Of a stretch of 64,000 bases of DNA, positions 53,533 to 64,000 are shown piece after piece. Under the pieces are notes generated by a model. It made no database searches and had not been told where the DNA came from. It saw only the letters and a program-made list of their open reading frames with translations. Each line of letters begins with the position of its first letter. Within the stretch, counting starts at the first letter, position 1. The position numbers were made by a program, and so were the translations under genes. The stretch is from an uncultured Gammaproteobacteria bacterium (GTDB lineage Bacteria > Pseudomonadota > Gammaproteobacteria > CAWCPV01): positions 320,001-384,000 of the forward strand of contig CAWCPV010000014.1 of the NCBI GenBank assembly GCA_963797555.1. The letters are read 5' to 3'.

Positions 53533-53621
53533 TGCTGTTTGCGTCGTGGCGTCTACACTGCAATGCGTGGTTAGTCGGGGATATCGATGCCTGGCTCGCC
53601 GCGCGGCGCTCGCCCAAGTAA
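53533..53621 (+). pseudogene. AlpA/excisionase-like C-terminal remnant
   Basis: AWLVGDIDAWLAARR-stop at the head of the primase operon. Confidence 0.4.
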
Positions 53622-54164
53622 CAGGGGTGATATATGCCGATCACCTCGACGCCCGGACGGCGGGACGGGCAAGCTACGACCGCCAAGAGAAGAGCACCTC
53701 TTCTCCGACCACACAGCAGGCGGGAATAGTTCCGCTCGCCGACGACCAGCAGGCGAGCCAGGCCGGCGCCCCAGCCGGGAGTGCAAAGGTCGACGCGGCC
53801 GTCGACTCGACTGACCCCGAAGTCATCGGCCGCTGGTGGATGATCCGGTCCGCACAGGCAAATGTGGCGATGCGCACCAGCGCCGAGTCGGACATCGTCA
53901 CCATCGACCCCGACCTCCACAAATCTGGCGCGCGCGAGGCCCTCTCCGGGCTGCGCTGGCAGCCAACCCGCACGCACCGGACAGCGGCTATCACTACCTG
54001 CATCGACACCCCCGCGGCCGGGGACTGCTGGAGCCTGAGCGCCCCAAACCCTCATCCCACGGCAACAGGGAGGACCGCATACCCAAGGGCAAGCGCAACG
54101 CAACGCTTGCCAGCATGGCAGGCAGCATGCGCAGACGCAGCATGTTGCCGACATGGTTCCTGCC

Positions 54165-54482
54165 ATGAGCCCTATCGGTCATATCCCAGGGTACGACCTG
54201 CACCGCTACGGCCGGCGCCGCATCGACCCGCGCGATCTGCCGCCCGCCGAGCAGTATTACCGCTCCCGTCTAGGGAAACTTGCGCGCGGCAACGGCGGTT
54301 GGTTCTACGCGTGTTGCCCATTCCACGAGGACGCCCACCCATCCCTCGCCGTCAACCTGGTTCACGGGGGGTTCGGGTGTCACGCATGTGGGGTCAAAGG
54401 GGGAAACATCGCCGCCTTCGAGGCCGCCCTGAGCGGGATCAGCTACGGGGAGGCGCTGCGGCGCCTGGTCCAGAGGGTATGA
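54165..54482 (+). CDS. CHC2 zinc-finger (primase Zn-binding) protein
   Basis: CCPFHEDAHPSLAVN...FGCHACGVKGGN. Confidence 0.88.
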   Translation: MSPIGHIPGYDLHRYGRRRIDPRDLPPAEQYYRSRLGKLARGNGGWFYACCPFHEDAHPSLAVNLVHGGFGCHACGVKGGNIAAFEAALSGISYGEALRRLVQRV

Positions 54483-56903
54483 GCATGGATGAACTACGGG
54501 CCGAAAAAGAAGAACCGTTACAACTGTTACAACCGTTACAGGACATAAATTCTAATCCGTCTCAAGGACTTAGAGACGAAGGGTCTGTAACAGGGGGCCA
54601 AGAGCCGGCTGTTACAGATGTTACAGAGACCGCCGAGACATATGTTGCGCCTGTCCCGAGCGATGCACCTCCGCCGCCCAAGCGGCATCGCAAGCTGGGT
54701 GTGCCGTCGCGTACCTGGGCGTATCGGGTGCGGACGGGGAAGTGCTCTGCTACTTGGTCAGGTTCGACCTCCCCGATGGCCGGAAGGAGTTCCGGCCGCT
54801 GACGCTGCACCGAGCGCGTGGCCAACTGCGGTGGCAATGGCAAGCTCCACCGGAGCTCCGTCCGCTCTATGGGCTGGACCGGCTCGCGGGGCAGCCTTCA
54901 GCGACGGTGCTGGTCTGCGAAGGTGAAAAGGCGGCCGATGCGGCTGCAGCACTGCTGCCAGAAATCGCCGTCATCGCCTCCATGAATGGCGCGCGAAGCC
55001 CCGCCAAGAGCGACCGGACACCGCTTGCAGGTCGGGAGGTCCGCATCTGGCCGGATGCCGATGAGGCCGGGACCAAGTACGCGGAGGAGGTGGTCGACCT
55101 GGCAACTGCCGCCGATGCAACGAGTGTCGAGGTGCTGGATGTCGCCGCGCTATGGGGCGAGGTCCGCGATGACGGCTCGGACGCTGCCGACTGGCCCGAG
55201 GGCGCGCCGTTGCCCGACCCGCTGCCCACGGTTGTCACCCCTGCCCCTGCGGCTGATAAGTCAACCGCAAGCACCAGCACCGACATCCAGCCTTATTACT
55301 ACATGCTGCATCGCGACGGGCGAGTGACGGGAGGCAAGGGGCGCCACGAGGAGCGTCATGCCAGCCCTGAGGGCTCGGCGACGCGGATAGCGATGCCGCC
55401 GGGGCTATATCACGTTGACGTGCAGCGGCACCCTGAGCGTCCTCCTCTGTATCTCCCGCCGCTCTGGGTATCACAGGACTTCGAGCTGCTGGCGAGCGTC
55501 GACGACGGTGTGGGGCATGGGTATGGGCTCGCGATGCGGTTCGAGGCGCTGCACGGGCACTTACATACCTGGACACTGCCCCGCGCGCTGCTCGTTGTCG
55601 AAGGACGAGAGCATACCAAAAGCTCTACGACATGGGCTTCAAGATGTCGCTCAAGGCCGGGGTGGCGCACCTGCGCGAATACCTGAATCGCGCTGTCCCC
55701 GAGCGGCGGGCGTTGGGCGTTGCGAGTACCGGCTGGGCGGAGGACCGCTTTGTTCTGCCCGATCAGGTGTTCGGCCGCGATGCCGATCTCGTGTTCTACC
55801 GCACCGACGACCCCGCGCCGTCGCCGTACACGGTTGCGGGGACCCTGGAGGGCTGGCGTGACGAAGTAGCGAAGCCGCTGGAACCGTATGACGTGCCGGT
55901 ATTCGGCATTTCCTGCGGGTTCGCCGGGCCGCTCATGAGGCCGCTCGACATACCTTCGGGAGGCTTTCACCTTCAGGACCCGACCTCGACGGGCAAGACT
56001 TCGGCGTGCTTATGCGGGTTGTCCCCTTGGGGCGACCCCAAGGCCCTCGCCCACACGTGGTTGGGCACCCGCGTGGGGTTCGAGACCACGGCGGCGGCGC
56101 ACAGCGATGGGTTGCTGGTGCTGGACGAAATCGGCCAGGCCGACCCGCGCGAGGTTGGCGACATTATTTACCTCTTGTTCAACGATGCAGGGAAGATGCG
56201 CGGTAACGTTTGCCTGACCTATCGACGGAGCCTCCGCTGGAGGCTGCTGGTGCTCTCCTCCGGGGAAAAGTCGCTCGCCCAAATCATGGAGGCCGGGGGC
56301 CAGAAGCCGATGGCGGGGCAGGAGCTGCGCATCGCCCATGTGCGTGTCGACAGCGGCGACGGTTGCGGCATTTTCACCGGACTCGCCGATCCCAAGGCTC
56401 GGTTGGAGTTGTTGACCCGAGTAGATGCCGCCTCTCGGCAGCACCACGGCACTGCGATTCGCGAATACCTCGCGTGGTTGACGGACCCGGAGCGGCTGCT
56501 ACAGGTGCAGACGGCGCGGCATCATGTCGAGCGCCTGATGCAGGAATGGGTGGGGCAGGATACCGGGGAGGTTCAACGCGCCGCGCCGCGGTTCGCACTC
56601 GTCGGATACGCCGGCGAGCTGGCCACTGAAGCCGGGATCACGGGTTGGGCAGCGGGGAGAGCCCTCGCTGCGGCAGGGGCCGTTTACAAGCGTTGGCGTG
56701 CCGACTGGGGCGACGGGAAGCGTGACGAGACCAACTTCCTCGCGCATGCCGAGGAATGGTTGGCCGCCAACTCCATGGGCCACTTTGCCGAGGTGGACTC
56801 CAACACTCGCTTAATGACCGACGACTCAAGTGCTCGGCGCGCGCTCCTCAAACCGTTCTGCGGGTATACCACCATCGAGGGGGTCAGCGACTCTACTATT
56901 TGA
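54479..56903 (+). pseudogene. Toprim primase + DUF927 helicase replication protein (phage-satellite type), frameshifted at ~54735 and ~55620
   Basis: KEFRPL, RPLYGL, VCEGEKAADA, IWPDADEAG; STGW, STGKT, LVLDEIGQ, LSSGE, HHGTA and RFALV..AGELA. Confidence 0.85.
54513..54626. repeat. Iteron-like GTTACA repeats (putative replication origin)
   Basis: AAC(C/T)GTTAC x3, inverted TGTAAC at ~54586, and GTTACAGA x2 around an AT-richer TCTAA...TTAGA spacer. Confidence 0.65.
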
Positions 56904-56909
56904 ACACTG

Positions 56910-57465
56910 CCGGCATGCGCCGGGAGAAGCTCATCCGGTACGGCTGGATCGCGGATAACACCCGCTGGATGCGCAAGCCGACGACGTGGGACGGACTAGA
57001 GGAGTTCTTCGAGCATTCGGCCCAGTTCTACCGTCAGGCTATGTGGTCGAAGGCGCCTGTGTACGTTGAATTATGGTGCGAGAAGGACGCCATCGCCGGT
57101 GTGCTGAGCCGGGAGACCTCACGTTATGACGTGCCGCTGATGGTGGCGCGCGGGTACTCGTCGGAGACGTTCGCCTATGAGGCTGCGGAGGACATCCGCG
57201 CGACTGGCAAGCCGGCGTACGTCTACTACGTGGGCGACTTCGACCCTTCGGGCTGGCAAGACCTGGAGAGACGGCTCGCAGGGTTCGGCGCCGAGTTCAC
57301 CCTTCGAGCGCCTGACGGTGACCCGCGCGCAAGTGACTGCGTGGGAAGTGACTGCGTGGGACCTGCCGACACGACCCACGAAAGAGACGGACACCCGCCA
57401 CAAGGCGTTCTATGCCGAGTTCGGCGAGGGTCAGGAGTCTGTCGAGGTGGATGCGGTGCCTGACG
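56910..57465 (+). pseudogene. Toprim-fold (TopoVI-A/DUF2399-like) gene fragment
   Basis: VELWCEKDAIAGVL, RGYSS and YYVGDFDPSG; no N-terminus, frameshift at ~57300. Confidence 0.7.
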
Positions 57466-57912
57466 GCTACCGGCCGCCGCTCGAGGCCATCCGGGCGCAT
57501 TGCCCGTGGTGCTGCCTCCAACAGCCGGGCGAAGTGCGGCTGTGTCCTGCAACACGTTGCGCAGCGCCCCCTACCGCCTGGGCAGCAATCCCGAGGTGAG
57601 CGAGGCGAAGAGGCTAGCCGGTGCCAAGAATATGGCCCGCCTGCGTCAAAAACAGGCCGAGGAGCGGGGATTTTCGGCGAAAACGGCGAGAGGTGGACCA
57701 CTTTTTCCAGAGGAGGGGTTGACTGGAGACCAAGCAGCTCCCCGTTGCCCCGGGTCGTCAGTTTTCGCCGCTTCACGACACCGTCGCTGGCCCATTCTGG
57801 AGAAGCCGCGGCATTTTTCCGAGCGGGACGAACTCATCTTCTGGCTTCAAAGAACGCTTGTCGCCCTATGGTATGATATATGCACATATAATAATATACT
57901 TACGCACGGAGC

Positions 57913-58374
57913 ATGAACATGCTTGATAACCTCACCATTAGCGGAATCATCATAGCCGTGCTGCTAAGCGCTACGGTGCTGCGGTTTATCTATAGCGACG
58001 GCAGAAGGGCTAAACGTACGCCCGACGGGGCGCACCCCGTGATAGAGGGAAACGCCATGAAGACAATGACTGGCAGTGACGAGCTCGACCTCGTTGACGG
58101 CGCCGCCGATGAGACAAAGCCGGTGGAGCCTTGGAATGGTCTCCACCTTGGCGTCGTTGCTGAGGTCTACCACCGCTTCCGTCCCGCACCGGGTGCGGTC
58201 GACAAGGATGAGCCCTGGAATAATCCGAAGCTTGGCTCAGTTGCGGAAGTTTACGGCTGGTGCGACCCTGACCCGTTTGCCAGCCACCGCAGGGCAATGC
58301 GCCGCGCCGGGCTTACCTTCGTCAGTTCGGCGCCTAACGCAAGGACAAAGCCCAAGCCTATTCAAGCACTATGA
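57913..58374 (+). CDS. Hypothetical membrane-anchored protein with internal repeat
   Basis: N-terminal TM; EPWNGLHLGVVAEVY and EPWNNPKLGSVAEVY; AT-rich upstream region. Confidence 0.65.
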   Translation: MNMLDNLTISGIIIAVLLSATVLRFIYSDGRRAKRTPDGAHPVIEGNAMKTMTGSDELDLVDGAADETKPVEPWNGLHLGVVAEVYHRFRPAPGAVDKDEPWNNPKLGSVAEVYGWCDPDPFASHRRAMRRAGLTFVSSAPNARTKPKPIQAL

Positions 58375-58541
58375 ACTGAAGGAGGGGACCAGGAGTGTCT
58401 GGGTAGCGAGGGCTGGAAGCCGATGACACTCATCTTACCGAGCAAGTCGCGGCTGCGGTGCGACGTGTCGCAGAGCGCGAGCGCTTCACGCTCGGCGAGG
58501 CCGTGGTGATGCTGGCCACACGCCAGAATGAATTACTACCC

Positions 58542-58896
58542 GTAACTCCCCGAGGTAAGCCCCCGGCTTTGCCGGGGGACTCACCGAGGTTTGACCTATA
58601 CGACGGTCGTCGTGAATCTCCAATCTCCGCCAAGAGAAGGAGACGCACGATGAAAGAGTACCAGAGTCTGATCCACACGAAGTGGGACTGTAAGTACCAT
58701 GTGATATTCATCCCGAAAGCGCAGGAAGAAGCGGATCTTCGGGGCGCTGCGCCGCCACCTGGGACAGATCTTCCACGAGTTGGCGGGCCACAAGGACTCG
58801 AAGGTGGTTGAAGGCCACCTGATGTCCGATCACGTGCACATGTGCCTGAGCATACCGCCGAAGTATGCGGTGTCCAACGTCGTGGGGTATATCAAA
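58542..58896 (+). mobile_element. tnpA: IS200/IS605 5' part, interrupted by IS1380
   Basis: Left-end hairpin, [15 protein letters not shown] and [23 protein letters not shown]; stops at 58896. Confidence 0.88.
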
Positions 58897-58932
58897 CCTG
58901 ATTCCGTGACTTCGCGTCTTAGCGGGTGGCTG

Positions 58933-60948
58933 GCTGGGTGGCCGCGGGCAGTTGCCCGCCCGCGGCTCCCACAAATCCGGACGTGCCCAATTCGGGCATC
59001 CGGCTCCTCGGACTATGGAGTCGCTGCGCGCCGGTAAACACTGTGGACGACACGCGGTGGGGGGAGCGGGTAGCGCTCGGTCAGACGGACAAACCTCACC
59101 CACGTCATCCGGCCCCGCCACGAGCGGCGATGGAGCCACTTGCGCCAGAGGCGCCGGACTTCGTGGACAAAGCGGGCGAGCGCACGCGCATTGCCGGTGA
59201 TGCCGTAGTAGGCGTAGTGGCCCTGGAGCTTGCGACGCAACGCCGCTTGCTGGGCCGCCACCGGCCAGTGGCGGTGCGCTCGGCACCAGTGACCGACTTC
59301 CCGCAATGCACGGGTGAAACGGTCCTTGGCCGTCTTGCGTTGCACTACCCAGCGCCCCTTCCTGGAGCGCCCCCAGAGGTGGGTGAACCCCAGCAGCACA
59401 AAGCTGCGCTCGCGCTGCGGGCCGCCTGGCCCTGTCCTCGATGGACTGCGAAAGTCCACCAGTCGGGTCTTCTCGGGGTGCAGCCTGAGGCCGTATTTGC
59501 CGAATCGCTTTGGCAAGACCTCTAGTACCCGCCTCGCATCCTCTTCCCGCTCGAAGACCAGCGCCGCGTCATCGGCAAAGCGGACCTCAAAGGCCCGCCC
59601 CCGCAGCCGTGGCTTGACCTCGTGCTCAAACCACACATCGAGCACTTCATGCAGGTAGAGGTTACTGAGCAGGGGTGAAATCACCCCGCCCTGAGGCGTC
59701 CCCCGGTCCGGGTGAGTGAGCTGCCCGGATTCCATGACCCCAGCGTTCAACCACTTCCCAATCGCGCGTCGAATCACCCCATCGCGCACCCGTTGGTCCA
59801 GAAAGCCCCGAAGGTGTCCCCAATCAACGTCATCGAAGAAGCTCTGGATGTCGAGGTCGATTATCCATCCACCCCCCATCCCCACCAGCCCCTGCCACAA
59901 CGCTTCCAGCGCCTGGTGGGCACTGCGCCCCGGCCGAAACCCATACGAGCAGTCCAGAAAGTCCTGCTCGTACACCGGCTCCAGCACCATCAGCACCGCC
60001 CGCTGCAGCACCTTATCCTCCAGCGTGGGGATACCGATGGGGCGGGTCTTCTTCCCCGCGCCCGGCTTCGGGATGTGCATCCGGCGCACCGCCGGCGCTC
60101 GGTACCGACCCGACTTGAACCGTTCGAGCAGGCTCGCCAGGTTCGCCTCCAGGTCGGCTTCGTACTGCGCCGCCGTCACCCCGTCCACCCCCGCCGCGCC
60201 GTCCTTGCGCGTACGCCGATACGCTTCGCGCAACCACGCCTCGTCGATGTGGTGCGCCAACGTCGTCAGCTCCAGCTTCGGCTCTATCCGAGCCAGCTCC
60301 GCTAGCTTCTCTTGTCGTGTTGAGATGACCTCTCGGCCCGATGTCCCCGTCATCTGTCCCTCAAGAAGCCCCACAGCCCGGTCCACCGCCTCCCTCCGCC
60401 GGGTCCCCTGGGGCGGGTTCCCCGACTTCAACGGTACTATCAGTGGACTCCGACTCCTCGCCCTCCATCCCGCCGCGCTTCGTTGCCTTCGCTTGGCGGT
60501 ACCACCGCTGGGTCCCACTTCGCTCCCCCGGGCCGAGACCCACACCCGAGGACCTGGACTGCTTCTACCGCGGCGCCCGCACCGCCTGTTCTCGGTGGAG
60601 AAAACGAGGTCTCCCAGGTTCCTGGGCAACCCTTGCCTGCATGCCCCACTCTTCGACCCCGGCGGACCGCTTGCACCCGGCCACTTCGGTGCCGGCGATG
60701 CTGCCTTCCGCTAAGTTAACGACGTCGGCTCCGCATCAATATCACTGTCGAGGCTCTATCACGCGGCCTACAGGCTCCCTGTCTACGCTTCGCAGCCGGG
60801 GTCGCCCCCGGACCACGCAAGACTCGGTTCCGGCTGGTGGCCAGCCTTTGCCGGGTCGGGACTCTCACCCGCCGGGTCGCATAGAAGGTTTCCATCGTGT
60901 CTATCCCTCTACGTGACTTCCCCCTTCACCAGACTTTGCCTGGCGCAA
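58933..60948 (-). mobile_element. Group II intron, apparently complete
   Basis: 5' TTGCG at 60948; domain V GAGCCGGATGCCCGAATTGGGCACGTCCGGATTT (58973-59006); domain VI with bulged A ending ACCCAGC. Confidence 0.92.
59013..60353 (-). CDS. ltrA: Group II intron reverse transcriptase/maturase without endonuclease domain
   Basis: [55 protein letters not shown], and domain X GHYAYY. Confidence 0.95.
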   Translation of the reverse strand: MTGTSGREVISTRQEKLAELARIEPKLELTTLAHHIDEAWLREAYRRTRKDGAAGVDGVTAAQYEADLEANLASLLERFKSGRYRAPAVRRMHIPKPGAGKKTRPIGIPTLEDKVLQRAVLMVLEPVYEQDFLDCSYGFRPGRSAHQALEALWQGLVGMGGGWIIDLDIQSFFDDVDWGHLRGFLDQRVRDGVIRRAIGKWLNAGVMESGQLTHPDRGTPQGGVISPLLSNLYLHEVLDVWFEHEVKPRLRGRAFEVRFADDAALVFEREEDARRVLEVLPKRFGKYGLRLHPEKTRLVDFRSPSRTGPGGPQRERSFVLLGFTHLWGRSRKGRWVVQRKTAKDRFTRALREVGHWCRAHRHWPVAAQQAALRRKLQGHYAYYGITGNARALARFVHEVRRLWRKWLHRRSWRGRMTWVRFVRLTERYPLPPPRVVHSVYRRAATP

Positions 60949-61068
60949 CAACCTGCTGATTTATCGTGGCAGTTCGGGTAAAATCGGCCCGCACGCCCAC
61001 TCACCCGGCAGGTGAACGATGAAGCGGTTCATCCTGGAGCAGTCCGACGAAGAGTTCTACACCTCCCA

Positions 61069-61191
61069 GCCGGCATCGAAGGCATGTTCGCCGCGGTAAC
61101 GCCCCAAGAGCGTGTGCTCATCCTATTCAACATGCTCGGGCGGCAGATTGAGGTGCACGTAGACAGGCACCTCATCGAGTCCTGCGTCTGA
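61069..61191 (+). pseudogene. RfaH/NusG-family C-terminal KOW remnant
   Basis: AGIEGMFAAVTPQERVLILFNMLGRQIEVHV-stop. Confidence 0.6.
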
Positions 61192-61436
61192 AGTGCCGGC
61201 GCACAAAGGCGCGCTCTGCTCAGACTGGGCAAGCAAGTTACCAGGCGCCGTGGCTCGCGTGGCCGGGCTCCGCCATTGTGCTTAGCTACAGTAGAATGTA
61301 GCCAGGGTTGGACCGGGAAGGCATTGCCGAGAACCTCCGCTCCGCGCCCGGCACACCGCGACCAAGTCGAGCGGGGGGAAGGCTTGACGTTCTTCCGAAC
61401 GAGCCCTTGACCTTTCGAGCAACCATCGGGGCATTG

Positions 61437-62258
61437 ATGTCAGCGCGTTTGCTGGGTGTCTTGATTCTCTTTCCGGCGCTCGCCGCCACGGCGGACGGCG
61501 GACCACTGCGCAGGCTGGACGCTCACCTGCTGCGGGATCTGGCAGCACGTTACGAGCACGCGGAGGGGGTGCCGCGCGACTATCAGCGGGCCTACCGTCT
61601 TTACTGTCTAGCCGCGACTCAAGGCGATGCCAAGGCGCAGTATAGCCTCGGCTGGATGTATATCAACGGTCGTGGCGTACCGCAGGACGACAGCCTCGCC
61701 GCCGGCTGGCTTCGTCTGGCCGCTCACCAAAGGGACGGGCTTTCGCACAACGTGCTCCGGCTATTGCAGTCGGTTGAGCCGCGCCCGGACCCGAATTGTC
61801 CGTTGTGGAGAGGCAGACGCGGCCCCGGCAGGCTGCGAGTGGAAGCCTGGGTGGCTGCGTTGGCACCGGAATTCGATCTAGACCCAGAGCTGGTTCTGGC
61901 CGTGATCGAGGCGGAATCCGCCTTCCAGCCGCACGCCCACTCCTCGAAAGACGCCCGCGGCCTGATGCAGTTGGTCCCCGAGACCGCCTCACGACTTGGC
62001 GTACAAGATGTTTGGGATGCCCTGGATAACCTGCGCGGTGGGATGCGCTACCTACGTCAACTCCTCGTCATGTTCGGCGGTGACCTACGGCTCACGCTGG
62101 CGGCATACAATGCAGGGGAAAAGGCGGTGGAGCGCTTCAATGGAGTCCCCCCCTATCAGGAGACGCAGAGCTATGTTCGCCGAATCACGGGCCGGTACGG
62201 CAAGGTTTGGCATCGCGTGCCGGGGTTCATCTTGTCATCCGTGTCCGCCGTGCAATGA
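61437..62258 (+). CDS. Sel1-repeat + SLT lytic transglycosylase
   Basis: AQYSLGWMYINGRGV; AVIEAESAF, ARGLMQL, AAYNAG and PPYQETQSYV. Confidence 0.9.
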   Translation: MSARLLGVLILFPALAATADGGPLRRLDAHLLRDLAARYEHAEGVPRDYQRAYRLYCLAATQGDAKAQYSLGWMYINGRGVPQDDSLAAGWLRLAAHQRDGLSHNVLRLLQSVEPRPDPNCPLWRGRRGPGRLRVEAWVAALAPEFDLDPELVLAVIEAESAFQPHAHSSKDARGLMQLVPETASRLGVQDVWDALDNLRGGMRYLRQLLVMFGGDLRLTLAAYNAGEKAVERFNGVPPYQETQSYVRRITGRYGKVWHRVPGFILSSVSAVQ

Positions 62259-62318
62259 AGTTCCGAAACGTAGCCCCACTAGCTCGCCACCTCGCGAAAG
62301 ATCGCAGAGCGGGCCTTA

Positions 62319-63638
62319 GGAATCTAGAAATAATAACTTGAACACTTCACGTTGCTTCACGTTGCCCACGAGGCTTGAATCGATAGTTCCACTCGCCATG
62401 AAACTCATCGCGTTCGATCGCGAGGTCCGCGAGCGCCTGGTCGGACACCTTGACGCCCGCCTGTAGGTATTCTGATCGACTTGCGCCTGGATATGCAGTC
62501 CCTTCTCGGTTGTGGTGCTACCGATCAGATTGACCACAACCTCCCGGCTGACCAAGGGGCGCTCCCGCCAGTTGTTGGTGATATGACAGAACATTCGATG
62601 CTCGATCTTGTTCCACTTGCTGGTGCCGGGCGGGAAGTGACAGACTTGGATGGCGATCTGAAGCTCATCGGCGAGCTTCTGCAATTCGAGACGCCACAGG
62701 CGCACACGATAGCCGTTGCTGCCTCCGCAGTCCGCCGTAATCAGCAAGCGGTGCGCCTCAGGGTAGCGTGGCTGACCCATCTCCCGCCACCAGCGTCGAA
62801 TGCTTTCCACCGCGAATTCGGCGGTATCGTGATCAATCCCGACACTCACCCAGCCTGGATTGGCGGCGACATCATAGACCCCATAGGGGGCCACCTTGCC
62901 CAGTTGTGGATCGATGAAGTCATGCACCCGAACCTGCTCGGGCTCCCCCTTGGGCTGCCATTCCCGTCCGCCATTCTTGAAGTCCCCGACCAACTCCTTC
63001 TTCTTGGTATCGACTGAGATCACCGGATCCCCGGTCCTCTGGTAATGGGCCGCCATGCGGGCAATGTGACTGAATTGGGCGTCCCGATCGGGGTGCTGCC
63101 TGCCCTCCCGTGTCTTGCGAGGCGACTGCAAGCTGTAATCGAGTTGTTTCAGCAGGTCGCAAACACTACGCTGACTCGCCGGGTGACCCAGCGCTGCCAA
63201 TTCCGCGGCCAGCCGGGGCGTGCTTTTGCATGTCCAGCGCAGCGGCGACTGCGGATCGCCACGTGCCGTTGGCTCGACCAGTGCATCGAGGTCCTGCAAG
63301 AGCGTGGTGTCCTTGGCTGTAAGCTTCTTGCGTCCACCGCCGGAGAGCCGCACGCGCCGCGTGCTGCTGCCCGCAGCCCTGGAGGGCGCAGGAGCGGCAG
63401 CGGCCAACTCCGCTATGCCCGCGTAGACGGTGGTGCGCGATATCCCGATGGCTTTCGCGACCGCGCTAACGCCACCGCGCCCCAGGGTGCGCGCTTCCAC
63501 CGCAGCCCAAAGACGCAATGTCGCCTCATCCAGACGACCCGCAAGCGCACGGTATTTGCCCTCAATCATCTCCACGACATCCATCCGCCGAGAGTATAAG
63601 GATCAACCTATATATTCAAGTTATTGTTGCTAAAATCC
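62319..63638 (-). mobile_element. ISAzo13-family element (transposase from 63584, frameshift near ~62460)
   Basis: 24-bp imperfect TIRs GGAATCTAGAAATAATAACTTGAA / GGATTTTAGCAACAATAACTTGAA and TTA TSD; SPLRWTCKS, ISVDTKKKE and PPGTSKWNKIEHR. Confidence 0.92.
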
Positions 63639-63641
63639 TTA

Positions 63642-63859
63642 GAGCTTGCGAAGAAATCGTCGCGAGCGGCCCAAAAGCAAGCCTGTCCTGAGCCCTGCCG
63701 AAGGGGCGCTCGGAGTGGAGCGACGAGACAAGCCCTGCGATACGTCCCCTCCGCACGCCGGGCCACGATAAGGACGCGGCCGACGGCGCGATGCGTCGGC
63801 TGCTGTGCCCTCCGACGTGCGCCCACCGCGGGCTCCTCGGCTTGGCGCTTCGCACCTTC
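63642..63859. mobile_element. MITE-like element related to 24472-24703, containing a REP-like motif
   Basis: Left end GAGCTTGCGAAGAAATCGTCGCGAGCGG matches the 24472 left end; possible right end CTTCGCACCTTC; internal CCTGAGCCCTGCCGAAGGG. Confidence 0.55.
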
Positions 63860-64000
63860 TCCGCCTCGTCGCGGGCGATCGATGGGACGTTGTCCCTGGT
63901 CTGATCCGGACATAACGATCTCAGGAAGGAGAAGACAATGACTCGACTCTGGTTGGCGGTGATGCCATGCCCTACGGCCGGTTCGCCTTCAGCACATACC

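Larger units (their letters stand above)
58897..61068 (+). mobile_element. IS1380-like left end, interrupted by the intron and truncated
   Basis: Begins CCTGATTCCGTGA; after the intron a transposase-like start MKRFILEQSDEEFYTS (ATG 61019) breaks off. Confidence 0.6.

Noticed and set aside
57332-57361. 15-bp tandem repeat AGTGACTGCGTGGGA x2
   Set aside because: In-frame slippage duplication inside a pseudogene, with no sign of function.
59013-60353. RT as retron, DGR, Abi or CRISPR-associated RT
   Set aside because: It is enclosed by clear group II intron domains V/VI and a 5' end, and has maturase domain X.
63938-64000. ORF start after AGGAGA RBS
   Set aside because: Only 21 codons lie in the window, too few to assign.

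Overview
High-GC bacterial chromosome segment, most consistent with a gammaproteobacterium (proS, aminotransferase, uvrB, tRNA-Val, NdvB-type glucan synthase). The left half (1-30 kb) is mostly intact. It carries a very large secreted MofA/OmpB-like multicopper oxidase with FN3-like domains, and a tandem array of paralogous secreted 9-heme c-type cytochrome genes (one intact, one frameshifted, one deleted relic) with duplicated promoters and terminators, plus housekeeping genes. From tRNA-Val (30 kb) to the end is a decaying accessory region interrupted only by pyrF and a few intact genes. It contains a repeat-flanked cargo islet with candidate anti-Shine-Dalgarno sRNAs, a degenerate attC, about a dozen IS elements or remnants (IS200/IS605, IS3, IS66 with a DUF4338 passenger, two IS110 with readable bridge-RNA-like guides, IS5, ISL3, IS256, IS1380, ISAzo13), a MITE family, a group II intron nested in IS1380 nested in IS200, and a broken phage-satellite primase/DUF927 module beside a PLD-nuclease pseudogene. 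No CRISPR array, rRNA or integrase was seen. All calls come from reading motifs by eye, with no database search; coordinates of degenerate elements are approximate.
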